Source: Desulfomonilia bacterium (GTDB taxonomy: Bacteria > Desulfobacterota > Desulfomonilia > UBA1062). Taken from it: a stretch of DNA of 64,000 nucleotides. The notes under the pieces were generated by a model. That model was not told the origin of the DNA, ran no database searches, and saw only the letters and a program-made list of their open reading frames with translations. Positions 30,625 to 40,842 of this stretch are shown here, in pieces. The translations under genes and the position numbers were made by a program. Each line of letters starts with the position of its first letter. Within the stretch, counting starts at the first letter, position 1. Where the stretch lies: assembly GCA_963664325.2 (NCBI GenBank), contig CAXXDQ010000003.1:288001-352000 (forward strand), written 5' to 3'.

Positions 30625-31035
30625 TTAAGTTTGCCTGTATATACCGGCAGCCCTTTTCTCGTGTGCCTTTCTGGAGATTGTTGTATCACAGGAAAAGCTG
30701 AGTCCTGTTTTCTGAATCAATTCCTTGATATAATCCAGGTGGGGGCAAGGAGGGCCGTGATAATTGTCCTTGCTTATGCAGCTTGCCAGTTTAACCAGGA
30801 TTTCATGGGCCTCGATATTATCTGACTGCTTGGCCTTCTTTTTAAGCAGGATCAGTTTGCGGTGAATAACCCTGCCGCAGCAGCCGCCGCAGGTGAACGA
30901 CAGTTTCCTGACGTCATCTGCGAGGTCGAGATTTTCAAACCCTCCTGTCCTGGTGACAAACGACTTGTCGCAATAATATCCCGGGCATCTCTGATGGACT
31001 AGATGACATTGAATGATTGCTATCAATTTTATCAT
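30625..31035 (-). CDS. CGGC domain protein (Cys-rich metal/Fe-S binding)
   Basis: C..CPG..C, TCGGCCG, ASC..PPCPH. Confidence 0.85.
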   Translation of the reverse strand: MIKLIAIIQCHLVHQRCPGYYCDKSFVTRTGGFENLDLADDVRKLSFTCGGCCGRVIHRKLILLKKKAKQSDNIEAHEILVKLASCISKDNYHGPPCPHLDYIKELIQKTGLSFSCDTTISRKAHEKRAAGIYRQT

Positions 31036-31049
31036 GCTAATTTCTCTCT

Positions 31050-32258
31050 TTATGAAAAGGATGACAGCACTGTGTTCATTCCTGTTTCAACAGCGCTTGT
31101 GATGGAGGAGAGCCAGGAAAAACCAACTCTTACCATATTGTCATTAAGCGTTCGGATTACCTCCATGTAATCAATGCTGTCCGCAGGCAGACCGGCAAGG
31201 AAATCCTGTTTCAAGAATGGATCTCCTTCATGGTTCCTGAGCTCTTTTAACATATTCTCTACTTCAGGCCATCTTGTATGAAATTCTTCCTGCTGCCTGA
31301 TAACCTCCGACAGGCGATCTGTTTTAACAAGTTTGAGACTTTTGACGGATTCCGGGATTTTGGCTGCAAGGGCCTTAAGCCTTGATATCCGCTCATCCAG
31401 ACCAGAATCGATAGCTTCAAGAGATGCCTTCAACAAGCATTCGGAGAGAAACATTGATCTTACATTTGAGTACCATTTCCTGAGTGCAATAAGGTTGGCG
31501 ATATAATATATATTATTTTTAACCTTTCGTTTTATCTCAAAATAAACTCCTGGGAAGAATTTGAATTCCTTGACATCCTGAACAGAACCTGTCACCAGTT
31601 GGCCCTCTGAAAGGTCTCTCCTGTATACGATTCCTGCCGCTATTGTTGAACCGAACCCGATGCGTGAAGGCCCTACGAGCCCACCCTGACCGCCAAGAAA
31701 TATGGGTCTCTCTCTGAGAAACACTCCGCGAGGCACATCTCCCATTATGGAGGCTGTTGCCTTGTCCATATTGGGTGTAAAGTTGAAATGTATGTATGAA
31801 CTGCCGACCTCACTGTGATTCTTCCGGCTTGTTCCGCCTGCCATCATGCAGTCACAAAAATTTATGAGACTGCCCAGTGTAACAAAAGGGAACAGTATCG
31901 TTTGTTTAAGTCCCACAGCATGCGCAGCATTTGCCTCTTCTTCCATAATGCAGCCCTCACGTACATGGGCACCTGAACTCATACTTGACTTATCAAGGAA
32001 AACCGCCTTCTTGAAATAGCCGCCTTTTAATTCAACATTGCTGCCTATTGCGCAGTTTTCTACTGTGACAGGTGTCTCTTCTCCCAGCTTTGAACCTTTT
32101 CCGATAAAGGTTTTTTTACCGGATATGCGGCAGCCGGGATATATGGTTACACCCTCTTCAATATGAGTTGGGTCGATATCATCCGATATGAAAACGGTTT
32201 GAGGTGCGATAATGCTAATTCCCTTATTACTTAAAGTTTCAATAATACCCTTTTGCAT
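31050..32258 (-). CDS. GlmU-related left-handed beta-helix protein lacking a canonical N-terminal uridyltransferase domain
   Basis: Hexapeptide repeats, AHVREG, GSLINFCD, FNF..DK; directly downstream of glmM. Confidence 0.7.
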   Translation of the reverse strand: MQKGIIETLSNKGISIIAPQTVFISDDIDPTHIEEGVTIYPGCRISGKKTFIGKGSKLGEETPVTVENCAIGSNVELKGGYFKKAVFLDKSSMSSGAHVREGCIMEEEANAAHAVGLKQTILFPFVTLGSLINFCDCMMAGGTSRKNHSEVGSSYIHFNFTPNMDKATASIMGDVPRGVFLRERPIFLGGQGGLVGPSRIGFGSTIAAGIVYRRDLSEGQLVTGSVQDVKEFKFFPGVYFEIKRKVKNNIYYIANLIALRKWYSNVRSMFLSECLLKASLEAIDSGLDERISRLKALAAKIPESVKSLKLVKTDRLSEVIRQQEEFHTRWPEVENMLKELRNHEGDPFLKQDFLAGLPADSIDYMEVIRTLNDNMVRVGFSWLSSITSAVETGMNTVLSSFS

Positions 32259-32297
32259 ATTTGAAATTTTTAAGCCCCCTTATCCCTTATTAACGAC

Positions 32298-33644
32298 CTA
32301 ACCGATTGTGGCCCTTACAACAGCTGCAATCATTTCGCAGTACTTATCGGTCTCTTCTTTTGTCGGACCTTCAACCATAACCCTGCACATCTGCTGAGTG
32401 CCTGAATAACGTACAAGAACCCTGCCTTTATTGCCGAGCGCTTTTTCCGCCATTTTTATTGCTGATACTATTTCGGGCACTGTCTCGATATCTGGTTTGC
32501 TTTTTACTGTTATATTTATAAGCTTCTGCGGAAAAACCTTCATCACATTAAGTGCTGATAGCGGCCTGTTTTCCTCCTTCATAACTCGTGCAAGCTGCAA
32601 AGCTGCAATTATACCGTCTCCTGTTGTGTGGTGTTCAAGAAAAATGATGTGTCCTGAGTCCTCGCCTCCTATTATTGCGCCGCTGCCGAGCATCTCATCA
32701 AGGACATACCTGTCACCCACACTTGCTTCAATGTGCGATATGCCCAGTTCCCGTAGTGCTATCTTGAAACCCAAGTTGCTCATGACTGTCGTAACGACAA
32801 GGTCGTTTTTGAGTTGGTTCTGCTTCTTCATGGCCTTTGCGCAGATGGCTATTATCTGGTCCCCGGTAAGAACATTACCTTTTTCATCCACGGCAATCAT
32901 CCTGTCCCCGTCGCCGTCAAAAGCGAACCCTGCCTGCGCGCCACTCTTAATGACTTCTTCGGCCATTTTTTCGGGATGCTGCGAGCCGCATCCTCTATTT
33001 ATATTTCTTCCGTCAGGAGTGTTTGCAAGGTTTATCACTTCTGCGCCGAGCTCAAAGAAGACTTCTGGCGCCACCTTGTAGGTTGCACCATTTGAACAGT
33101 CCAGAACTATCCTCATACCTTCAAGGCTTAAATCTGACGGAAATGAATTCTTGATAAAAACAATATATCTGCCCCTTGCATCGTCTATCCTGTATGCCTT
33201 GCCGAGTTCGCTGGACGGGCTTTTCAGTTCATTCAGATTTTCTGAAAGAATCAGACCCTCAATGGCCGACTCTTTTTCATCAGGCAGTTTGAACCCTGTC
33301 TTTGAAAAGATTTTGATACCGTTATCCTCATACGGGTTGTGGGATGCCGAAATTACAATGCCTGCATCCGCACGCATACTCTGGGTGAGAAATGCGACAC
33401 CCGGTGTAGGCATGACTCCTATAACAAGGGCATCCGCACCCATGGAACATACACCTGAAACAAGGGCGTCTTCAATCATATATCCTGAGAGCCTTGTATC
33501 CTTTCCTATGACGATTCTCGGTGTATGCCCGGCTTTTCTGCATGTGTAGGCTATGGCCATACCAACTTTCAAGGCGACTTCCGCTGTCATGGGATATGTA
33601 TTTGCAATCCCGCGTATCCCGTCAGTACCAAAGAGATTTCCCAT
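32298..33644 (-). CDS. glmM: Phosphoglucosamine mutase
   Basis: LFGTDGIRG, GKDTRLSGY, ISASHNP, FDGDGDR, VGDRYV, RYSGT. Confidence 0.97.
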   Translation of the reverse strand: MGNLFGTDGIRGIANTYPMTAEVALKVGMAIAYTCRKAGHTPRIVIGKDTRLSGYMIEDALVSGVCSMGADALVIGVMPTPGVAFLTQSMRADAGIVISASHNPYEDNGIKIFSKTGFKLPDEKESAIEGLILSENLNELKSPSSELGKAYRIDDARGRYIVFIKNSFPSDLSLEGMRIVLDCSNGATYKVAPEVFFELGAEVINLANTPDGRNINRGCGSQHPEKMAEEVIKSGAQAGFAFDGDGDRMIAVDEKGNVLTGDQIIAICAKAMKKQNQLKNDLVVTTVMSNLGFKIALRELGISHIEASVGDRYVLDEMLGSGAIIGGEDSGHIIFLEHHTTGDGIIAALQLARVMKEENRPLSALNVMKVFPQKLINITVKSKPDIETVPEIVSAIKMAEKALGNKGRVLVRYSGTQQMCRVMVEGPTKEETDKYCEMIAAVVRATIG

Positions 33645-33645
33645 T

Positions 33646-36600
33646 TCAGATCTCCTTCTTTATAATATCTGCAATAATCTCCGGGGCCTCTCCAAGGAGC
33701 AGTTTGACCGGCATAACCCGGATAAATTCGTCTTTCCATGCGATGTTTTCTTCATTAAGCATATTCCTGATGTCACCGAGTTTTTCGCCCAGAATCCCCT
33801 TTTTCTTTTCCATGTCGAGCTCGGTTTCGAAGTCGACATGGAACAGCACAAGCTGCTCAGGAATAAGGGTCGGCCCGAGGATGGATATTATGACAATGGA
33901 GGCACTGTCAGACCTTCCGCTTCCTGCATATATCTCGCGGTTTTTTATAATGGCCCTTTTCGTGCCCATAAGCGGCGCACCTGTATCTGCCCGTGATTTG
34001 AGATTAGCTGCTACGCCTCCTTTCTTTTCCAGCTTTATCTGAGACGAATCTGAAGGCATTCCGTCTTTATCAAGGCCTGTTATATTGTATTGGGCGAATC
34101 CCTTTACCGAGTTGATAGCCGGCTGAATTCTCTTAATGGCTAGGATATCCTTCTGTGAAAGGTTTTCTGTTGTGAAACCGAGGGCGTATAGAGAATCGAA
34201 TATTATGCCTTTTAATGTTTCCGCTTTTCGGCTCGTCCCTACAGTTACGGTCTTTGCCTGGTGTCTTATTGCATCAACGGGCCTTGCCAGTTCGTCAATG
34301 GCCTTTCCGAGCGTCATATCAAGCATTTCCAACGGTGAAGATGCCTTTCTTCCCTTGAAATCCTTTCTGTATTCTTCAGGGGCTATCCTCCCGGTGGCAT
34401 ATTTAAGAAGAAGGGTAAGGTCGGTTGCCGTATCTGCATTAAGGTTTGCCAGGTGGCCCATGCCGCGCCATGCATTGAAACATTGCGAGAAATCGTCGAC
34501 TACATCATGCAGTTCCCTGTCAGCCATACTTTCGAATACGGACAGGCCCTCTTCTTCATGTTTTGCCAGTACATCCGAAAACCTAATTCTGAAATCCCTG
34601 AAATGGCCTGCCTGGTCGTCAAGGCTTAGCGCCGCGTAATAGCCCCATATGTGACCTGCTATCGTATTCATGATGACAGATACCGGGAACGAGGCCCGGG
34701 GTACATTGAAAACATAATCTGCGATATTGTCGAAGCGCCTCTCGTCTTCGTCTGCGATAACCACCACTCTTGACGCATGCGCCTTGAAAATTGCAGAATC
34801 CTTTACGATGTCCTCCAGCACTATATCCGGGCTTCCTGCTGCCATGATTAGGATCAGCGGTTCTGCGGAGAGATCGATATGTTTCTTGTCCTCTATTATG
34901 TCGGATGAAATGGTCTTGTAACAGAGTTCACTCAGCTTGATCCTGACCTCGTCAGCTGCCACTTTATTTGTTCCGCTGCCGACTACCGCCCAGTATTTCT
35001 TGAGTCTCACCAGGTCCCAGGCCGTTGTCCTTAGATCCTCCATCCGGGCAAGTACATGGCTCATAAGTACGGGAGCCCTTTCCAGGGACTCAAGTCCATG
35101 GATGATCTCCTTGTCTGGTATGGCATTTAAGTGCTTGGCAAGAAAGAGCGTGAGAACATAGCCTGCGACTATCTGCGAGTAGAATGCCTTGGTTGAGGCA
35201 ACCGACATCTCTATGTCACGGCCGTCGCTTGTGTACAAGATACCGTGGGCTTTTGTAGTTATATCCGACTGTCTGCGGTTCACTATTGCAAGGACAGAAG
35301 CGCCTTTTTCCCTCGCCATTGTTACTGCACGGTTGGTGTCGGTCGTTGTCCCGGACTGGGTGACCGCTATAACAAGCGACCTGGCGAGATCATCGTCTAA
35401 AGCAAATCCGCTCAGGTCGGTTGCCTTTTTTGCCTGCACATTGAGGTTCGTGTTTTTCAGGTAAATGCCCATGGCCTCTGCAATTGCAGATCCTGCAACA
35501 GCTGCCGTACCCTGGCCGATTATATATATATTGCGGATCCTGCCTTCAATCAGGTCCTGTTTTATCCTCTCAGGGATAACATTTTCGCCGAGATTAAATT
35601 TTACAGTATTACCAGACATCTTATATTTGCCCCGGAGTGTCTTTTTAACCGATATGGGAGAATCCATTATTTCTTTTATAAGGTAATGAGGGTACATGCC
35701 GCGGTCTATATCGCGTGTAGTAATCTCCGCCTTTTTGATTTTACCGCCATCAATAAGTGCAGGATGGCCGTCATAATACATAGCCTCGATTCCGCCCAGA
35801 CCCGGCCCTTTATCGTTTGAAAGTATGAATATCTGGCCTGATGAGTCAGGATCGTCTTCTGCTCGGACATTTTCTCCGTCCATCTTTATGAACACGGGCG
35901 TTTCTTCAACAAGACCGTAGACCTCGGATGCAAAGGAATACTGGTTGTCTGAAAGGCCCACAAAAAGCGCCTGACCGCTTCCATGAAGGGCAAGATATAC
36001 CTTTCCCGGTTCCAGGTTTGACTCCATTGCAATTGCATGGGAGCCTTCGAATGAGGATACGGCCTTCCTGAAGGACTCCTTCAGGTCGCAGCCGTCAAGA
36101 AGATGCCTTTCTATCTCTATCGGTATAGACTTGGTGTCCGTAGTCACCCTGGCATCCAGAAGCCTGCCTGTTGATTCGCATTTGGATTTTATATCAAGGT
36201 AGTTGTCGATATCTCCGTTCAATGCAACATTGATAAAGAAGCTGCCGCTGCCGTAAACTGGATAGGTTTTGTCAAGGACAGCTGTTCCTGCTGAACACAG
36301 CGTACAGTTATTCACCGGATGGCAGTTGGGTATGTTTATGGCGCCTACGGAGGCCCAGCGGGTATGCGCCAGATACATCTCGTCATCACAGCCCTCGGCT
36401 AGGAATTCCTTCAGTATAATGTCCTGAGAAATGAATCCTCTAAGTTCTCCGCAGTTCTTTCCGAGTTCCCCGGTGATGGATGCTGTCTTGTAGGTAAAAG
36501 CGGCAAAACCGTCTGAAATACTTATTGAATGGTTCATAAGGTCGCCCTCCGTGGTCCTGTCGATGAATTCCTTTTGAAGGCCGAGGGCATTGAGCTTTTT

Positions 36601-37302
36601 AATCACATTATCCGTTGATGGTTTTTCCAACCTGAAGGCAATTTGTACGCCTGTTGAATCCCTTCCCCTGACTTCCAGCCTGTCCATGGCATTGAGTATA
36701 AAATTCAGGCGCTGGTATTTACTGAATTGTGAAAGGTTTGCAATATCCCTGCACAGTCCGGCGATTTTTTCCTGATTCTTAAGGAGGTCTTCTCTAAGAC
36801 CCCAGAGTATGTCTTTGAGTTTGATTAGGCGGCTTGATACTGTTTCCAGGTCATATACGGACATTTCAGGGGCCGATGCTTCTATGAACTGTTCCTGTGA
36901 ACAGATGAACTTGTCTAAATCGAGAGAAAGCTTTTTCAGGCTGTTGAGCCGGCCATCCCTGTTTATCTCAAATTGCAGCCCGATGTCCTGTTTAATCGAA
37001 AAGAGCATGCCTTCAAGCTCGTTGAGAATATCAGGACTTAAAAAATCCGAAGGTTTTGAATTTTCCAGTCCTTTTGAAAAAGCCTTTTCCATCAGATTGG
37101 AAAATCTTTCGGGCAGGGAGCTGTCGGTCTTTGCACCTCTGATGGCAAGAATCCCTGCAAGGCCGCAGTTAAGTCTATCCGGCTGTAATGGGAAAAGGAT
37201 TATGGACCTTTCAGGTACATTCTCAGGTCTGCGTCCGATAAATATATTATATGAAAATATGTTTCTCAGCCCCGATACAATTTTATCTATCATCACCATC
37301 AT
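33646..37302 (-). CDS. glmS: Extended glutamine--fructose-6-phosphate aminotransferase (GlmS-like, 1218 aa)
   Basis: CG at residue 46, LEVRGRDSTG, AHTRWAS, NCHP, LNGDIDN, TQSGTTTD, SVASTKAF, AKTVTVG; upstream of glmM. Confidence 0.8.
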   Translation of the reverse strand: MMVMIDKIVSGLRNIFSYNIFIGRRPENVPERSIILFPLQPDRLNCGLAGILAIRGAKTDSSLPERFSNLMEKAFSKGLENSKPSDFLSPDILNELEGMLFSIKQDIGLQFEINRDGRLNSLKKLSLDLDKFICSQEQFIEASAPEMSVYDLETVSSRLIKLKDILWGLREDLLKNQEKIAGLCRDIANLSQFSKYQRLNFILNAMDRLEVRGRDSTGVQIAFRLEKPSTDNVIKKLNALGLQKEFIDRTTEGDLMNHSISISDGFAAFTYKTASITGELGKNCGELRGFISQDIILKEFLAEGCDDEMYLAHTRWASVGAINIPNCHPVNNCTLCSAGTAVLDKTYPVYGSGSFFINVALNGDIDNYLDIKSKCESTGRLLDARVTTDTKSIPIEIERHLLDGCDLKESFRKAVSSFEGSHAIAMESNLEPGKVYLALHGSGQALFVGLSDNQYSFASEVYGLVEETPVFIKMDGENVRAEDDPDSSGQIFILSNDKGPGLGGIEAMYYDGHPALIDGGKIKKAEITTRDIDRGMYPHYLIKEIMDSPISVKKTLRGKYKMSGNTVKFNLGENVIPERIKQDLIEGRIRNIYIIGQGTAAVAGSAIAEAMGIYLKNTNLNVQAKKATDLSGFALDDDLARSLVIAVTQSGTTTDTNRAVTMAREKGASVLAIVNRRQSDITTKAHGILYTSDGRDIEMSVASTKAFYSQIVAGYVLTLFLAKHLNAIPDKEIIHGLESLERAPVLMSHVLARMEDLRTTAWDLVRLKKYWAVVGSGTNKVAADEVRIKLSELCYKTISSDIIEDKKHIDLSAEPLILIMAAGSPDIVLEDIVKDSAIFKAHASRVVVIADEDERRFDNIADYVFNVPRASFPVSVIMNTIAGHIWGYYAALSLDDQAGHFRDFRIRFSDVLAKHEEEGLSVFESMADRELHDVVDDFSQCFNAWRGMGHLANLNADTATDLTLLLKYATGRIAPEEYRKDFKGRKASSPLEMLDMTLGKAIDELARPVDAIRHQAKTVTVGTSRKAETLKGIIFDSLYALGFTTENLSQKDILAIKRIQPAINSVKGFAQYNITGLDKDGMPSDSSQIKLEKKGGVAANLKSRADTGAPLMGTKRAIIKNREIYAGSGRSDSASIVIISILGPTLIPEQLVLFHVDFETELDMEKKKGILGEKLGDIRNMLNEENIAWKDEFIRVMPVKLLLGEAPEIIADIIKKEI

Positions 37303-40300
37303 CTCCGAAGGGCTTAGAAAGCAGTTTTATCAGCCAATCCAGGCGGTAAGATGATTCTTCGGCCGCTTCCACCAGCCTGTTCAGGGTACTGAAAAGATCT
37401 GCTCTCTTTTTCTTCTCTTCCGGATTCAGCTCGATCTTCTTAAGGGTAAATATATAAAGCAGCCATACGGCCAGCGCCTGATAGGATTCCCTGTTAAACC
37501 ATTCAATGTCGTTATAGATGTTTATGCCAAGCAAAGAACGGACATCGTCATCCGTAATAAGGTCAAGTGTAATCTCGGGCAGACTCTCAGCAAGGGGAAC
37601 TTCCCTGTCTTCTTCGGAACAAAGAATTTTTAAGAGGTCAATGGCGCGGTTTCCGTCAACTGAACATTCATAATGCTCAGAGAGTGATTCCTTTATGATG
37701 CCTGAAAAAAGCATCTCGTCAAGAAGGAGTCTTGTACGCCGGCCGGTGTTGTTGCCTGTGAACAATGCCCCGAGGTTGTGAATCATAGCCCAGATAACGG
37801 CGAAACATAATAACCCTGAATCTGTACATGAAGGAAGTTTGTCAATAAAAGAGTTCTCGGAAATAAGGTCTCTATTCTCAATAACCAGGTTTATTTTATC
37901 CAATGTTTTCTTAACAACATCTTCAGTATTGGCCTTTATGTTTGTGACTTTTCTGATTTCTATTATAAGCCTTCGTAGCCTGTCTTCAATCTTGTTAAGT
38001 TCTGTTGTCAGGCCTGTCCCTGTGGCGTTGATCAAAGCCTTCATGTTTTCAAAACCAATCAGCTCTCTAAAGGCCATATGTATGTTTTCGAGGTAAAGAT
38101 CCCTGAATACTTCTTTTATATCAGGCACGCCCCTTCCGGAGAGATACTTTTCAAGCCTTGCATAGAGTCCATCGGGATAATCCTGTACCTCCCTGAAATC
38201 CATGAATATATTTGACTGAAATGCCCCCAGCTGAACGCTCAGGCCGTTATCCGAAATCTCCTTGCCGCTTCTTATATATTCAAGTGAGCTTCTGTAATCT
38301 CTAAAAATGTAATATACATTCGGGTGGTTTTTCAGCCTCAACCCTTCAGAGATTGTTTTATGTACAATGTTTCTCTTCCCGTCTGAATCAATATTGATAC
38401 CTACTGATCTTCTGATATGACCCCTGGCCTCAGCATACCTGTTGTTATAGATGATCATGGCGCGCTCATCGCCGGCCATGTTTGAGTAGGCGAACACGTC
38501 CTCGTTTATCCAGCCGCTGGGACTTATTACATCATACAGAACGAAGTTTTCCACACCGCTGAAAAGGTGTCTTTTTTTCAGAAGCGGGAATATTTCGGTT
38601 TCATGTCTGCTTACAAGATCATTGTCCTGCTGCTCGTCCCTGTAGGCCCTGCGGTATTCCATTCCGTATTTCTCTGAAAACCCTTCTATCTGGCCATGGC
38701 CGAACATGGGAAGTCCCGGCATTGTGACCATCAGCATTGCGATGCCGAAATACTTGTCGCCCTTGCCGAACTGAACGACAGCAGGTTCCTCGTCTGGGTT
38801 GTTCATAAAGTTTACGAAACGCCTTAAAATCTCGGGATTGAATCTGAGCACATTTTTCATCACATCCCTGTATTTGCTGTTTTCCTCTTTCTTGAGCATG
38901 TTCATGAATGCACTGTTGTAGACGCGGTGCATGCCGAGGCTTCTTACAAAGTATCCTTCCATGAGCCAGAAGGCCTCGGCAAGCAGGAGGGTATTAGGCG
39001 CCTCTGCTGCGAACCTGTCGACAAGCTCACGCCAGAATTCCTTTGAAAACATCATGTTGAAATTATCATTTGAAAGCCCAAGGCCAGCCCTTGAAGGGAT
39101 ATCTCCGCCCATGCCCGGTACGGGATACCACAGGCGCTGAAAGTGTTTTTTTGCAAGCGTCATTGCCGCATCAAATCTGATCACCGGGAACCTTCTGGCA
39201 ACGTCCAGGGTCAGGTCTATTACGGCCTGTCTTACCTCGTGCTTCAGGTGGTCAAGCTGCGCTGTATCATTCCAGGGCATGTGAGTGCCGTCATTTCCAT
39301 GGTATATATATCTGACGTTCCCGGAAATTTTATCTATACGCTTGAAAACTACTGCCGCATCGGTCCTGCTCCAGTAGCCGTCCTCGATGTAAAGCCCCAC
39401 CCTGTCGTCGTCCGAAAGGTCTGGGCCGGTAAAGGAATAGGACGGGAATGGCGGATAGTCGAGCTGTATGAACCATTCTGGATGTTCGATCACCCATTTC
39501 GAATATATGCCCATATGGTTGGGCACCATGTCCGTCGCAAGCCTTATGCCGTAAGCCCAGGCCCGTTCCTTAAGGTTGTTGTATGCATCTTCACCGCCGA
39601 GATCCCTGGAAATGGTATAATCATATATTGAATAGGCCGACGCTTCCGCCTCGGGGTTTCCAGTCATCTGCTTTATCTTCCTGGATGCCGTACTTCTCTC
39701 CCACACGCCGATGAGCCACAGGCCTGTAAATCCCCAGCGGGAAAGCCGCTCGAGCTCTTCATCGGGTATCTGGTCCATACGCTTGATATCCCTGCCGTAT
39801 TTTGCCGAAAGCTGATTGAGCCAGACATAGGTTGATTTTGCCATCAGGACAAGCCTGGGCATCCAGTCTGTGTCTGGTGTGAACCTCTCAATTTCTTCTA
39901 GTCCTGCCGTATTAATGCCTGAACCGGATAATCCATCATCTCCGAAGGTGAGTATTTGTGTAGGTCCCGGACCTGCAAATCTTGATGTCCTCTCCTCCTT
40001 GATCAGATCGATACCGCCCAGAACCCTTATCAGCAGGTCTTTCAGCAGTTCTCCCCAGCGCGTTTTTATATATTCGAGCTGACCGTATAGCGAATAGGGT
40101 GAAGCCATCTGCGGCTCTTTCAGCATCTCGACAAGAGGGTTGCCGAACGGGCCAAAAACCGGCTGAGTCCTGTAATATTTGTCAATCTCGGCAACTATTT
40201 TCTCATATGCTGTGCCTTTAAGCATGGAATCGTCAAAGAACTCCATAAAGGGCATAAAGGCGGGATTGCTGTTTGCAAGCGAGAGAAGGAGAAGCTCCTG

Positions 40301-40732
40301 CAGGATAATATGAGCATTGGGGATATCACCTGTTGATGACTTGAGATAATCACTAACGGAGACATATCGCTTAAACACATCAGATGGAGGGAAAAGGGAA
40401 GTGAAAACTTCAAGACATTCATAAACACGATTTTTACCGATTTTTTCTACTATCCATCTAAAGGCATTTTCTATTGTATCAGGTTTTACAGACTGTCTGT
40501 AGATATCTACTACATGGTGCAGGGCTTCATCTATAAGTCCCATGGCATAAATATCGCCTGCGCTGAGGAACGGCGGTTTTTTAGGATCGCTCTTCCTTTT
40601 ATTGTTTATTCTTTCTGCGAACTGCCGGACGCCGTGAATATTTGCAAAAATTACATTGCCGGAAGTTGAAAACAGCGTTTCGTCAAATTCGAACTTGTCC
40701 CTTGCAGCTTTTGAAATGTGGAATTCAAACAT
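37283..40732 (-). CDS. Large GH13 alpha-amylase family glycoside hydrolase
   Basis: DMVPNH, IRFDAAM (nucleophile), LLAEAFW (acid/base), NNPDE. Confidence 0.85.
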   Translation of the reverse strand: MFEFHISKAARDKFEFDETLFSTSGNVIFANIHGVRQFAERINNKRKSDPKKPPFLSAGDIYAMGLIDEALHHVVDIYRQSVKPDTIENAFRWIVEKIGKNRVYECLEVFTSLFPPSDVFKRYVSVSDYLKSSTGDIPNAHIILQELLLLSLANSNPAFMPFMEFFDDSMLKGTAYEKIVAEIDKYYRTQPVFGPFGNPLVEMLKEPQMASPYSLYGQLEYIKTRWGELLKDLLIRVLGGIDLIKEERTSRFAGPGPTQILTFGDDGLSGSGINTAGLEEIERFTPDTDWMPRLVLMAKSTYVWLNQLSAKYGRDIKRMDQIPDEELERLSRWGFTGLWLIGVWERSTASRKIKQMTGNPEAEASAYSIYDYTISRDLGGEDAYNNLKERAWAYGIRLATDMVPNHMGIYSKWVIEHPEWFIQLDYPPFPSYSFTGPDLSDDDRVGLYIEDGYWSRTDAAVVFKRIDKISGNVRYIYHGNDGTHMPWNDTAQLDHLKHEVRQAVIDLTLDVARRFPVIRFDAAMTLAKKHFQRLWYPVPGMGGDIPSRAGLGLSNDNFNMMFSKEFWRELVDRFAAEAPNTLLLAEAFWLMEGYFVRSLGMHRVYNSAFMNMLKKEENSKYRDVMKNVLRFNPEILRRFVNFMNNPDEEPAVVQFGKGDKYFGIAMLMVTMPGLPMFGHGQIEGFSEKYGMEYRRAYRDEQQDNDLVSRHETEIFPLLKKRHLFSGVENFVLYDVISPSGWINEDVFAYSNMAGDERAMIIYNNRYAEARGHIRRSVGINIDSDGKRNIVHKTISEGLRLKNHPNVYYIFRDYRSSLEYIRSGKEISDNGLSVQLGAFQSNIFMDFREVQDYPDGLYARLEKYLSGRGVPDIKEVFRDLYLENIHMAFRELIGFENMKALINATGTGLTTELNKIEDRLRRLIIEIRKVTNIKANTEDVVKKTLDKINLVIENRDLISENSFIDKLPSCTDSGLLCFAVIWAMIHNLGALFTGNNTGRRTRLLLDEMLFSGIIKESLSEHYECSVDGNRAIDLLKILCSEEDREVPLAESLPEITLDLITDDDVRSLLGINIYNDIEWFNRESYQALAVWLLYIFTLKKIELNPEEKKKRADLFSTLNRLVEAAEESSYRLDWLIKLLSKPFGDDGDDR

Positions 40733-40842
40733 AAGCTCTCCCGGGGGCTGCCTGTGAAGAATCAACCAGGACAACCTGCCACATATCTATGGAAAAACCC
40801 CTTGCTTAGTCAATAGATTAATCTTTTAGGATAAGCAGAAAT

